From Octopus vulgaris (taxonomy: Eukaryota), in contig CATOCA020000020.1 of the NCBI GenBank assembly GCA_951406725.2, positions 1 to 64,000 on the forward strand: a stretch of 64,000 bases of DNA. Direction: 5' to 3'. The position numbers and the translations under genes were made by a program. Under the pieces are notes generated by a model. That model ran no database searches and had not been told where the DNA came from. It saw only the letters and a list, made by a program, of their open reading frames with translations. Of the stretch, positions 9,217 through 20,947 are shown piece by piece. Each line of letters starts with the position of its first letter. Within the stretch, counting starts at the first letter, position 1.

Positions 9217-9255
9217 GTCTCAAGAATTAGGGAAAAAAAAAGGAGAAAAAAGGCT

Positions 9256-11135
9256 CTACTTACTGTTGTTGGTGGTGGGGGTGGCTCCCTTGTGCTTTTG
9301 CACGGGTGCTTCAATAATATTTTTGTAAAGTTTCTGAGAGAAACTTTTCCCTAACGATCCCACATCGTTAGGGAATATTTGTTTTATTTCATTGTACACT
9401 GTTTTGTTTATTTTTATTGTGAGAATGTGTGCTGGTGGTGTGTTGTGTGTAGGTATTATGAAATCTGTAATGTTTGTGCTTGTTTTGTTTTTCAAATACT
9501 CAACCAGTTCCTGGTTTCTTGTATTCACTGCTGTAATCGTGTCTGTAATTGTGTCTGTGTTTGTTTGTGTCTGTGGTAGTGGCAGTAGTGGTGTCGAAAG
9601 TGTTGTTGTTGTTGTTTGTTGTTGTGAGTGTGTGTTGTTGTTGATGTTGTTGTTGATGTTGGGAAGTACTATTTGTTCGTGCTTCCCCTGTAAAACTTTT
9701 TGTTTTTTCCTCCTTTTCTTTTTTGGAGGTACTATATTCCATTCTCCTTTGTTGGAATCCGAGCTCGCACAATCCGAGATCTCTTCATCCGGCAAAGGAA
9801 TGGTTGAGGGGTCTGCTTCAGTAGCAGGACGAAAAGTTTTAGGTTCCGCCGGTATCGGTGGTGCCGCTGCTCCTGTTACTGTTGATGTCGCTGCTGTCGA
9901 CCTTCGAGGTACTGGTGTCGGTGTTGGTTTGGTGGTGGTTGTCGGTGTTGGTTTGGTGGTGGTTGTTGTTGTTGGAGGTGGTGTTGTTCGTCTTGGTGCT
10001 GGTGTTGGTGATGGTGTTGGTGGTGTGGCAGCCTTTGGTTTTTCTTGCTGTTTTTGTTGTTTCTGTTGTTGTTGCTTGTGTTGTTGTTGTTGTTGTTGTT
10101 GTTGCTGCTGCCTCTTGCTATACTCCTCCATTCTCTTTTTTTGAATGGGGCAGTCCCTTTTTAGGTGGCTTTCGCTACTGCAGAGGAAACATTTTGGCTT
10201 TCGCCCCTCTACAATAACATTTAGCCTGGTCCCATCCAGCAAGATGACAAAGTCAGGTATGGCATTGATGTTTTCCTGCTGGATCTGTACCAGCAGTTGA
10301 ATACCCATGCCTGACCAGTTCTTTTCTCGTACCCTCCGAACATTCAGAATAGTGGCAGTGTCCTCTATGCCATAGAGGACAGCCGCCACTAGCCATGAGA
10401 TTTTCTGTTCGGGGGTATTGTGCTTATGGTTATTTTTTGTACCTTACGCCCGAGGTACGTCGGGACGAGGAACAAATGTTCATTTTGCAAGGGCGAAATG
10501 GCGTTTGCCCTTGCAAGCTCCTCTGTTGGGAAGCGAACCTCCACGGTTCCAAATCGCTTCCCTCTTGTCACATAGCTCTTCTGGCCCCAAATGGGCTTCA
10601 GAGCCATCTCCAACTGTTGTGGTGTGGCGTTAAACAATCTTTTAGTTTTCTTTTCGAAGACTTTATAAAAGATTGTTCTTTTGCTTGTTTCTTGTGTGAG
10701 TTGTTGAGGTGTGTTGAGGAAAACACTGTTCCCCTCCTTTCTCAACAAATCTTGTGCCATTTTTATGTCCTCCATTGTAATTTCTACATCTTCCGAAATT
10801 TGCTTCGCAGCAGAAGCAAAATCGTTAGAAGCTTTTACAGTTTTTTGTTGGTTCTTGTCTGTGTTTGTGTCTGTTATAATTTTCTTTACCTCCCCCTTCG
10901 GTACAGCATCACTTGTTGAAGGCAGAGGGGGAAATCAAGAGTGACGTCGAACGCGACGTCCTGGCATGCATTCTCCTTTTGAACCGAGCGCGTGCTCTCC
11001 GGTTCGGAAGGAGGAGCTTTGTTGCCTTTTACGGCCTGAAATGGGTTGTACGTAACCCGTGACGTTATTTTTTTTGTTCTTGTAGGGGGGTGTTGCAAGA
11101 AGGAGGGAAGAGCCAGCAGCTCGTTTTAGTGCCAT
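9256..11135 (-). CDS. ORF1 gag-like RNA-binding protein, type A, apparent frameshifts
   Basis: ORF pieces 9256..10389, 10389..10775, 10886..11098; breaks fall at G homopolymers; CX2CX4HX4C knuckle, polyQ, Pro/Thr tract, NLS-like PPKKKRRKK. Confidence 0.87.
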
Positions 11136-11648
11136 TTTGTAATGTGTGTGTGCAAAAAATGTCAATTTCAAAAGGATAGACAGTAATTTCACCCCGAATG
11201 GGGCAAAATTTCGCCCAACCGACGAGCTCCGCAAGAAGCCGGTCGGTTTGGCTACAAAAATATTAAAAAATATTCAAGCTTATTAAAAAATTTCCAATAA
11301 AATTGGCACAAAACTCACAGAGCTGATTCACGTACGTCCATCGGCGTCGGAAGGAATAATAATAATAATCAATTCTTTTTTATTGGCCACAAGGGCTGAC
11401 ACGCATGATTACATAAAGGGACAAGACAGGACGAAAGGTTACAAAGGGTTTTGTCCGTTTGTTAAAAAATCGTGTAAAAATCTTTAAACAATGATTATAA
11501 AAAACAATGAAAAACTCCCAAAAGGGGGAGACGTCTCGAAATGTTCCCGGTGGAAAAAACCCTACAAAAGCCAACGGGAGCCTGGTCAAAAAAAGGGGGT
11601 GTAGAGAGTCCCCTTTCTTCTCCTTTTACATTACCTTTTTCTTTGAAA

Positions 11649-14600
11649 TCACAGGCGAAACCTGAGAACTGGTCCATTTATACAGGCCAGTCTCGCACAA
11701 TTCACCCACCTTTCATAAAACTTGCTATCGGACAGCACTTTCCTCTCTAACCTCATCTTCCTTTTCAAGTGAAACTTGAAAAAGTTGATGAGGCCTTGAC
11801 CAAAGAGGAAAGTGTCTGACTTTAGCCCTTTCAAACGAGTCCACCACACGACTTCTTTCGCCACAGCCACAAGGCACAAGAAAACGGCCTCGCCCTCCTT
11901 GTTAAAGGAGGTCGGCGGGGCAATCTTCACTATGGATTCGGCCGATAGTCGGATCCGTCCTACACGTGACAGTAGCTGTTCGACATAAACCCATATTTCA
12001 GCAATACTCGGGCACTGGACGAGTGCGTGCAGAACGGTTTCGTCGTCCTGGCAACACCTCGGGCAGGCCCGGCTGACGGCACTTCCGTGCCGGTAGAGTT
12101 TATCTCGAACAGGCAGAGCCCCTCGGTAGCACTGCCAGGCGAGAGACCTCTGGAAATTATCCATCGGCCCCGGCCCGAAAGTCCTCCCGAACAGACCGCT
12201 CAGTTCGTCGTCTTCAACGCCTAGAGTTTCCCCGAGAACGTCGTCGCATTTTTCCTCCACTAACCCTCTATAGAACGCTAGAGTGGAGCTGTAACCGACC
12301 GCATTGCCCGCCTGGTGGAGGGCGGAGAGGGCTTGACGGCACTCGAGGTGCCAAGCGCCCTTTCTCGGTCTACGTTTGATCCAGGTCTGCAGCTCCGTCA
12401 AAGAGACGAGCTGCGGAAAATCGCGTCTGACAAAAGACGACCACACCTGTTCACCGTCTAGGAAGCGCTTGAGATGCCGCAGCCTGAGCGCATGTCTGCG
12501 CAACAGCAACCACGGCATTCCAAGGCCTCCGTTCAGCGGTCGTTGACAGCAGATGGATCGCCTGACCAGTGGCACCTGACCCTTCCACAAAAAGTCGAAG
12601 AGCAGACGTACCAGCTTGGCCAACCAGCGGTCGGGACAAGGGACGACGGTCAAGCGGTAATAGATGACGGATGCGATGTACGCATTCGCCACCTCCGCTC
12701 GACCTTTCAGGGACAGCTTCCTCTCGGCCCTGGGTGAGACGTGCCACCCTGCTCGTCACCTCTTCCCAGTTCTTATCCACCTGGAGGTCCGGACCGAACC
12801 AGACCCCGAGCAGTTTAACGGGTCCGTCTGTCCAGCGCCCTACGACGCTGTTGGACGGCATGGGCTTGCCTCTCCAGGTGCCCAGTTGCAAGCCCACAGA
12901 CTTTTCCGCGTTAATCTTTGCCCCTGTCACCGCTTCGTACTGGTTTAGCGTCTCGCCAATCAGGCCAATGTGCCTGTGGCTCGACACCACCACGGTGACG
13001 TCGTCGGCATAAGCAGACACGCTGTTTCCGCCTCCTAGATCGCGCGGGATGCCCCTCAAAGCCTCCAACTTGCGCAGTAATGGCTCGAGAGTCAAAATGT
13101 ACAAGAGGGAGGAGAGAGGGCATCCTTGGCGGACCGAACGCGAGATGTCGAACGGTTCCGAAAGGTGACCGTTCACCCGTATCACCGAGCAGATGTTGCT
13201 GTATAAAGCAGCGATCCACCCGCGGAAGACTGGACCGAAGCCGGCTGCCTTGAGGACAGCTGCCAGGTACCGATGGTCGACCCTATCGAAGGCTTTACTC
13301 TGATCCAAGTTGATCAAAGCCCCACCCGCGCCAGCGTCGTTACCCACCCTCTCTATGATGTAGCGCATGAGATGGAGGTTGTCGTGTATCGACCTGGTCG
13401 GCACGGCGCATGTCTGCGTCCCGCCGACCAGCTTGTCCACGACAAGCGCCAATCTCTTGGCTAGCACCTTGGCCAAAATCTTCAACTCTGCATTGAGCAG
13501 AGTGATGGGCCGGAAATTCCCTATAACGTCCCCCTTGTTTGGGTCCTTCTTTAGCAAAGCCACCACCCCTCGACAGACAAAAGCAGGAATTCTCCCGTTT
13601 TGCTGCCAGTTGCAGTAGACGTTTGCCAACAGGTCCGCAAACAAGTCTGGCATTGAAAAGTAAAGCTCGTAGGGCAGACCATCCAAACCCGGCGATCTAC
13701 CTCTCGTGCAACTCTTCATCGCTTCCTGTACTTCCCAGGCAGATATCGGTCCTTCGCAGCACTCTGCCTCGCTGTCCGAGAGTTGCGGCAGTCCGTCCAG
13801 GTACACACCGAAGTCTGTACCGTTGGTGTCCGTTCCACCGCTCGTCCCAAACAGTTGAGCAAAGTGCCGCTGAAGCACCGTACACATCTGCTTCGGTTGG
13901 GTAACCTCGCGCCCGTTCTGGTCCACCAAAGACCGAATGGTTGCTCTGTTGCCTCGCTTCGCCTCCGCCACGCGGGCCCATCGAGCGGCTCTAGTCCCCT
14001 CCCCGCTTAGCGAACGTGCCTTAGCTCTGACAACGCAGCCTTCGTGTTTGGCGTCGAAGTGTTGGTCGAGGGCCAACCTTGCCGCCAACACGTCGGTCGC
14101 GATGCCAGTGTCAAGAGCCTCGTCTAGTTTCTTAACTAAATCCCGCTCTCTCTTCCTACGTTCAATAGCTAGAGTCTTACTATACCTAATCGACTCTACT
14201 CTAATTGCTCTCTTGAGGGCAAACCACCAGTTGTTGTTGATGATTGCCCCCGTGAGCGCCCGCTTAACTAGTAAACTAATCCGGTCTCTGTAAGCTTTGC
14301 ACGCCGTTAACGACGCGTTCAGCTTCCAGTAGCCGGGTCCCTGTCTATGTAGCCTATCTAAGTCGACCGTACAGATCACTAATTTGTGGTCCGTATATTC
14401 GACTAGGTGGAATTGTGGACACCCTACGCTGTCCTTATCCGCTGGCCTACAAAACACTCTATCTAAGTACGATCTAGACGACCCGATGCGGTTTGTCCAA
14501 GTCCACATTGGCACATTCGGGTTGTCTAGTCGAAACCTGTCGGACAGCTGAAAGCGGCCGAGTAGGTTGGCGAGGCTCTTGCACCCTCCCCCTCTCCTAA

Positions 14601-15078
14601 CAGACGCTCCCCTGCCCACCCGATCGAAACGTTCGTCTAAGACAGCGTTCCAATCCCCAACTAGTACTAGAGTGCGTGACGTTCCCAGGAAAACTTCCAG
14701 ACGTTTGAAATAATCCGACTGCCCTGCTCCTGTCGGAGCGTAGGCAGCCAGCAGTCTGAAAGCACCGCCGTCACTACCGTCGACGTCGAGGACCACCAAC
14801 TTACCTTCCGGATCCAAGAAGACTGTCCTTATTTTCAGGTCCAGGCCCTTCCGAAACAACACCGCAGTACCACCACCGCCCGCTCCCGGCCGACACGGAG
14901 ATAGAAATATCTCGTATCCGCCGAAAAGGGCTGCGAGTTCCTGCGGGTCGGAGAGCCTGGTTTCACTGATGGCTGCTACATCCACATCATGAAACCTCAG
15001 GTCGTTTAACAGGTGACCCTGTTTCCAAGGTGACCCGAGGCCTCTCACATTCAAGCAACCGATTCTAAGATTTGCCAT
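11649..15078 (-). pseudogene. ORF2, frameshifted by a 5-bp deletion near 12730
   Basis: ggccc-tgggtgag versus ggcccatttctgggtgag in other units; split into ORFs 12451..15078 and 11649..12692. Could be real or an assembly error. Confidence 0.75.
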
Positions 15079-15116
15079 GTCTCAAAAGTAGGGGGAAAAA
15101 AAGGAGAAAAAAGGCT

Positions 15117-15931
15117 CTACTTACTGTTGTTGGTGGTGGGGGTGGCTCCCTTGTGCTTTTGCACGGGTGCTTCAATAATATTTTTGTAAAGTTTCTGAGA
15201 GAAACTTTTCCCTAACGATCCCACATCGTTAGGGAATATTTGTTTTATTTCATTGTACTGTTTTGTTTATTTTTATTGTGAGAATGTGTGCTGGTGGTGT
15301 GTTTGTGTAGGTATGATGAAATCTGTAATGTTTGTGCTTGTTTTGTTTTTCAAATACTCAACCAGTTCCTGGTTTCTTGTATTCACTGCTGTAATCGTGT
15401 CTGTAATTGTGTCTGTGTTTGTTTGTGTCTGTGGTAGTGGCAGTAGTGGTGTCGAAAGTGTTGTTGTTGTTGTTTGTTGTTGTGAGTGTGTGTTGTTGTT
15501 GATGTTGTTGTTGATGTTGGGAAGTACTATTTGTTCGTGCTTCCCCTGTAAATCTTTTTGTTTTTTCCTCCTTTTCTTTTTGGAGGTACTATATTCCATT
15601 CTCCTTTGTTGGAATCCGAGCTCGCACAATCCGAGATCTCTTCATCCGGCAAAGGAATGGTTGAGGGGTCTGCTTCAGTAGCAGGACGAAAAGTTTTGGT
15701 TCCACCGGTATCGGTGGTGCCGCTGCTCCTGTTACTGTTGATGTCGCTGCTGTCGACCTTCGAGGTACTGGTGTCGGTGTTGGTTTGGTGGTGGTTGTCG
15801 GTGTTGGTTTGGTGGTGGTTGTTGTTGTTGGAGGTGGTGTTGTTCGTCTTGGTGCTGGTGTTGGTGATGGTGTTGGTGGTGTGGCAGCCTTTGGTTTTTC
15901 TTGCTGTTTTTGTTGTTTCTGTTGTTGTTGC

Positions 15932-15969
<38 letters not shown>

Positions 15970-16999
15970 GCTGCTGCCTCTTGCTATACTCCTCCATTCT
16001 CTTTTTTTGAATGGGGCAGTCCCTTTTTAGGTGGCTTTCGCTACTGCAGAGGAAACATTTTGGCTTTCGCCCCTCTACAATAACATTTAGCCTGGTCCCA
16101 TCCAGCAAGATGACGAAAGTCAGGGTATGGCATTGATGTTTTCCTGCTGGATCTGTACCAGCAGTTGAATACCCATGCCTGACCAGTTCTTTTTCGTACC
16201 CTCCGAACATTCAGAATAGTGGCAGTGTCCTCTATGCCATAGAGGACAGCCGCCACTAGCCATGAGATTTTCTGTTCAGGGGGGTATTGTGCTTATGTTA
16301 TTTTTTGTACCTTACGCCCGAGGTACGTCGGGACGAGGAACAAATGTTCATTTTGCAAGGGCGAAATGGCGTTCGCCCTTGCAAGCTCCTCTGTTGGGAA
16401 GCGAACCTCCACGGTTCCAAATCGCTTCCCTCTTGTTACATAGCTCTTCTGGCCCCAAATGGGCTTCAGAGCCATCTCCAACTGTTGTGGTGTGGCGTTA
16501 AACAATCTTTTAGTTTTCTTTTCGAAGACTTTATAAAAGATTGTTCTTTTGCTTTCAATTCTTGTGTGAGTTGTTGAGGTGTGTTGAGGAAAACACTGTT
16601 CCCCTCCTTTCTCAACAAATCTTGTGCCTTTTTATGTCCTCCATTGTAATTTCTACATCTTCCGAAATTTGCTTCGCAGCAGAAGCAAAATCGTTAGAAG
16701 TTTTACAGTTTTTTGTTGGTTCTTGTCTGTGTTTGTGTCTGTTATAATTTTCTTTACCTCCCCTTCGGTACAGCATCACTTGTTGAAGGCAGAGGGGGAA
16801 ATCAAGAGTGACGTCGAACGCGACGTCCTGGCATGCATTCTCCTTTTGAACCGAGCGCGTGCTCTCCGGTTCGGAAGGAGGAGCTTTGTTGCCTTTTACG
16901 GCCTGAAATGGGTTGTACGTAACCCGTGACGTTATTTTTTGTTCTTGTAGGGGGGTGTTGCAAGAAGGAGGAAGAGCCAGCAGCTCGTTTCAGTGCCAT
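15117..16999 (-). CDS. ORF1, multiply frameshifted copy
   Basis: Fragments 15273..15629, 15527..16210, 16041..16256, 16293..16505 match ORF1 of other units. Confidence 0.75.
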
Positions 17000-17512
17000 T
17001 TTGTAATGTGTGTGTGCAAAAAATGTCAATTTCAAAAGGATAGACAGTAATTTCACCCCGAATGGGGCAAAACTTCGCCCAACCGACGAGCTCCGCAAGA
17101 AGCCGGTCGGTTTGGCTACAAAAATATTAAAAAATATTCAAACCTATTAAAAGATTTCCAATGAAATTGGTGTCAAATTCACGGAGCTGATTCACGTACG
17201 TCCATCGGCGTCGGAAGGAATAATAATAATAATCAATTCTTTTTTATTGGCCACAAGGGCTGACACGCATGATTACATAAAGGGACAAGACAGGACGAAA
17301 GGTTACAAAGGGTTTTGCCGTTTTTTAAAACATCGAGTAAAAATCTTTATAACAACTTATAAAATTCAACAATGAAAAACTCCCAAAAGGGGGAGACGTC
17401 TCGAAATGTTCCTGGTGGAAAAAACCCTACAAAAGCCAACGGGAGCCTGGTCAAAAAAGGGGGTGTAGAGAGTCCCCTTTCTTCTCCTTTTACATTACCT
17501 TTTTCTTTGAAA

Positions 17513-20500
17513 TCACAGGCGAAACCTGAGAACTGGTCCATTTATACAGGCCAGTCTCGCACAATTCACCCACCTTTCATAAAACTTGCTATCGGACAGC
17601 ACTTTCCTCTCTAACCTCATCTTCCTTTTCAAGTGAAACTTGAAAAAGTTGATGAGGCCTTGACCAAAGAGGAAAGTGTCTGACTTTAGCCCTTTCAAAC
17701 GAGTCCACCACACGACTTCTTTCGCCACAGCCACAAGGCACAAGAAAACGGCCTCGCCCTCCTTGTTAAAGGAGGTCGGCGGGGCAATCTTCACTATGGA
17801 TTCGGCCGATAGTCGGATCCGTCCTACACGTGACAGTAGCTGTTCGACATAAACCCATATTTCAGCAATACTCGGGCACTGGACGAGTGCGTGCAGAACG
17901 GTTTCGTCGTCCTGGCAACACCTCGGGCAGGCCCGGCTGACGGCACTTCCGTGCCGGTAGAGTTTATCTCGAACAGGCAGAGCCCCTCGGTAGCACTGCC
18001 AGGCGAGAGACCTCTGGAAATTATCCATCGGCCCCGGCCCGAAAGTCCTCCCGAACAGACCGCTCAGTTCGTCGTCTTCAACGCCTAGAGTTTCCCCGAG
18101 AACGTCGTCGCATTTTTCCTCCACTAACCCTCTATAGAACGCTAGAGTGGAGCTGTAACCGACCGCATTGCCCGCCTGGTGGAGGGCGGAGAGGGCTTGA
18201 CGGCACTCGAGGTGCCAAGCGCCCTTTCTCGGTCTACGTTTGATCCAGGTCTGCAGCTCCGTCAAAGAGACGAGCTGCGGAAAATCGCGTCTGACAAAAG
18301 ACGACCACACCTGTTCACCGTCTAGGAAGCGCTTGAGATGCCGCAGCCTGAGCGCATGTCTGCGCAACAGCAACCACGGCATTCCAAGGCCTCCGTTCAG
18401 CGGTCGTTGACAGCAGATGGATCGCCTGACCAGTGGCACCTGACCCTTCCACAAAAAGTCGAAGAGCAGGTGTACCAGCTTGGCCAACCAGCGGTCGGGA
18501 CAAGGGACGACGGTCAAGCGGTAATAGATGACGGATGCGATGTACGCATTCGCCACCTCCGCTCGACCTTTCAGGGACAGCTTCCTCTCGGCCCATTTCT
18601 GGGTGAGACGTGCCACCCTGCTCGTCACCTCTTCCCAGTTCTTATCCACCTGGAGGTCCGGACCGAACCAGACCCCGAGCAGTTTAACGGGTCCGTCTGT
18701 CCAGCGCCCTACGACGCTGTTGGACGGCATGGGCTTGCCTCTCCAGGTGCCCAGTTGCAAGCCCACAGACTTTTCCGCGTTAATCTTTGCCCCTGTCACC
18801 GCTTCGTACTGGTTTAGCGTCTCGCCAATCAGGCCAATGTGCCTGTGGCTCGACACCACCACGGTGACGTCGTCGGCATAAGCAGACACGCTGTTTCCGC
18901 CTCCTAGATCGCGCGGGATGCCCCTCAAAGCCTCCAACTTGCGCAGTAATGGCTCGAGAGTCAAAATGTACAAGAGGGAGGAGAGAGGGCATCCTTGGCG
19001 GACCGAACGCGAGATGTCGAACGGTTCCGAAAGGTGACCGTTCACCCGTATCACCGAGCAGATGTTGCTGTATAAAGCAGCGATCCACCCGCGGAAGACT
19101 GGACCGAAGCCGGCTGCCTTGAGGACAGCTGCCAGGTACCGATGGTCGACCCTATCGAAGGCTTTACTCTGATCCAAGTTGATCAAAGCCCCACCCGCGC
19201 CAGCGTCGTTACCCACCCTCTCTATGATGTAGCGCATGAGATGGAGGTTGTCGTGTATCGACCTGGTCGGCACGGCGCATGTCTGCGTCCCGCCGACCAG
19301 CTTGTCCACGACAAGCGCCAATCTCTTGGCTAGCACCTTGGCCAAAATCTTCAACTCTGCATTGAGCAGAGTGATGGGCCGGAAATTGCCTATAACGTCC
19401 CCCTTGTTTGGGTCCTTCTTTAGCAAAGCCACCACCCCTCGACAGACAAAAGCAGGAATTCTCCCGTTTTGCTGCCAGTTGCAGTAGACGTTTGCCAACA
19501 GGTCCGCAAACAAGTCTGGCATTGAAAAGTAAAGCTCGTAGGGCAGACCATCCAAACCCGGCGATCTACCTCTCGTGCAACTCTTCATCGCTTCCTGTAC
19601 TTCCCAGGCAGATATCGGTCCTTCGCAGCACTCTGCCTCGCTGTCCGAGAGTTGCGGCAGTCCGTCCAGGTACACACCGAAGTCTGTACCGTTGGTGTCC
19701 GTTCCACCGCTCGTCCCAAACAGTTGAGCAAAGTGCCGCTGAAGTACCGTACACATCTGCTTCGGTTGGGTAACCTCGCGCCCGTTCTGGTCCACCAAAG
19801 ACCGAATGGTTGCTCTGTTGCCTCGCTTCGCCTCCGCCACGCGGGCCCATCGAGCGGCTCTAGTCCCCTCCCCGCTTAGCGAACGTGCCTTAGCTCTGAC
19901 AACGCAGCCTTCGTGTTTGGCGTCGAAGTGTTGGTCGAGGGCCAACCTTGCCGCCAACACGTCGGTCGCGATGCCAGTGTCAAGAGCCTCGTCTAGTTTC
20001 TTAACTAAATCCCGCTCTCTCTTCCTACGTTCAATAGCTAGAGTCTTACTATACCTAATCGACTCTACTCTAATTGCTCTCTTGAGGGCAAACCACCAGT
20101 TGTTGTTGATGATTGCCCCCGTGAGCGCCCGCTTAACTAGTAAACTAATCCGGTCTCTGTAAGCTTTGCACGCCGTTAACGACGCGTTCAGCTTCCAGTA
20201 GCCGGGTCCCTGTCTATGTAGCCTATCTAAGTCGACCGTACAGATCACTAATTTGTGGTCCGTATATTCGACTAGGTGGAATTGTGGACACCCTACGCTG
20301 TCCTTATCCGCTGGCCTACAAAACACTCTATCTAAGTACGATCTAGACGACCCGATGCGGTTTGTCCAAGTCCACATTGGCACATTCGGGTTGTCTAGTC
20401 GAAACCTGTCGGACAGCTGAAAGCGGCCGAGTAGGTTGGCGAGGCTCTTGCACCCACCCCCTCTCCTAACAGACGCTCCCCTGCCCACCCGATCGAAACG

Positions 20501-20947
20501 TTCGTCTAAGACAGCGTTCCAATCCCCAACTAGTACTAGAGTGCGTGACGTTCCCAGGAAAACTTCCAGACGTTTGAAATAATCCGACTGCCCTGCTCCT
20601 GTCGGAGCGTAGGCAGCCAGCAGTCTGAAAGCACCGCCGTCACTACCGTCCACGTCGAGGACCACCAACTTACCTTCCGGATCCAAGAAGACTGTTCTTA
20701 TTTTCAGGTCCAGGCCCTTCCGAAACAACACCGCAGTACCACCACCGCCCGCTCCCGGCCGACACGGAGATAGAAATATCTCGTATCCGCCGAAAAGGGC
20801 TGCGAGTTCCTGCGGGTCGGAGAGCCTGGTTTCACTGATGGCTGCTATATCCACATCATGAAACCTCAGGTCGTTTAACAGGTGACCCTGTTTCCAAGGT
20901 GACCCGAGGCCTCTCACATTCAAGCAACCGATTCTAAGATTTGCCAT
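17513..20947 (-). CDS. ORF2 APE endonuclease / reverse transcriptase, 1144 aa, intact
   Basis: Same translation as 5782..9216. Confidence 0.97.
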   Translation of the reverse strand: MANLRIGCLNVRGLGSPWKQGHLLNDLRFHDVDIAAISETRLSDPQELAALFGGYEIFLSPCRPGAGGGGTAVLFRKGLDLKIRTVFLDPEGKLVVLDVDGSDGGAFRLLAAYAPTGAGQSDYFKRLEVFLGTSRTLVLVGDWNAVLDERFDRVGRGASVRRGGGCKSLANLLGRFQLSDRFRLDNPNVPMWTWTNRIGSSRSYLDRVFCRPADKDSVGCPQFHLVEYTDHKLVICTVDLDRLHRQGPGYWKLNASLTACKAYRDRISLLVKRALTGAIINNNWWFALKRAIRVESIRYSKTLAIERRKRERDLVKKLDEALDTGIATDVLAARLALDQHFDAKHEGCVVRAKARSLSGEGTRAARWARVAEAKRGNRATIRSLVDQNGREVTQPKQMCTVLQRHFAQLFGTSGGTDTNGTDFGVYLDGLPQLSDSEAECCEGPISAWEVQEAMKSCTRGRSPGLDGLPYELYFSMPDLFADLLANVYCNWQQNGRIPAFVCRGVVALLKKDPNKGDVIGNFRPITLLNAELKILAKVLAKRLALVVDKLVGGTQTCAVPTRSIHDNLHLMRYIIERVGNDAGAGGALINLDQSKAFDRVDHRYLAAVLKAAGFGPVFRGWIAALYSNICSVIRVNGHLSEPFDISRSVRQGCPLSSLLYILTLEPLLRKLEALRGIPRDLGGGNSVSAYADDVTVVVSSHRHIGLIGETLNQYEAVTGAKINAEKSVGLQLGTWRGKPMPSNSVVGRWTDGPVKLLGVWFGPDLQVDKNWEEVTSRVARLTQKWAERKLSLKGRAEVANAYIASVIYYRLTVVPCPDRWLAKLVHLLFDFLWKGQVPLVRRSICCQRPLNGGLGMPWLLLRRHALRLRHLKRFLDGEQVWSSFVRRDFPQLVSLTELQTWIKRRPRKGAWHLECRQALSALHQAGNAVGYSSTLAFYRGLVEEKCDDVLGETLGVEDDELSGLFGRTFGPGPMDNFQRSLAWQCYRGALPVRDKLYRHGSAVSRACPRCCQDDETVLHALVQCPSIAEIWVYVEQLLSRVGRIRLSAESIVKIAPPTSFNKEGEAVFLCLVAVAKEVVWWTRLKGLKSDTFLFGQGLINFFKFHLKRKMRLERKVLSDSKFYERWVNCARLACINGPVLRFRL

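Larger units (their letters stand above)
5487..11354 (-). mobile_element. Non-LTR retrotransposon unit 2, full length
   Basis: Complete 5' UTR-ORF1-ORF2-3' UTR-(ATT)5 between two junctions. Confidence 0.95.
11355..17218 (-). mobile_element. Non-LTR retrotransposon unit 3, full length (A/B mosaic, many small indels)
   Basis: Collinear with unit 2 between junctions. Confidence 0.94.

Noticed and set aside
9226-9375. TTAGGG hexamers in the inter-ORF spacer and ORF1 end
   Set aside because: Isolated single occurrences, not at junctions; not telomeric repeats.
9256-11135. Programmed frameshifting or true pseudogenisation of ORF1
   Set aside because: Break positions differ between units and sit mostly in G, T or CAA runs; each junction is open in at least one unit, which points to sequencing error.
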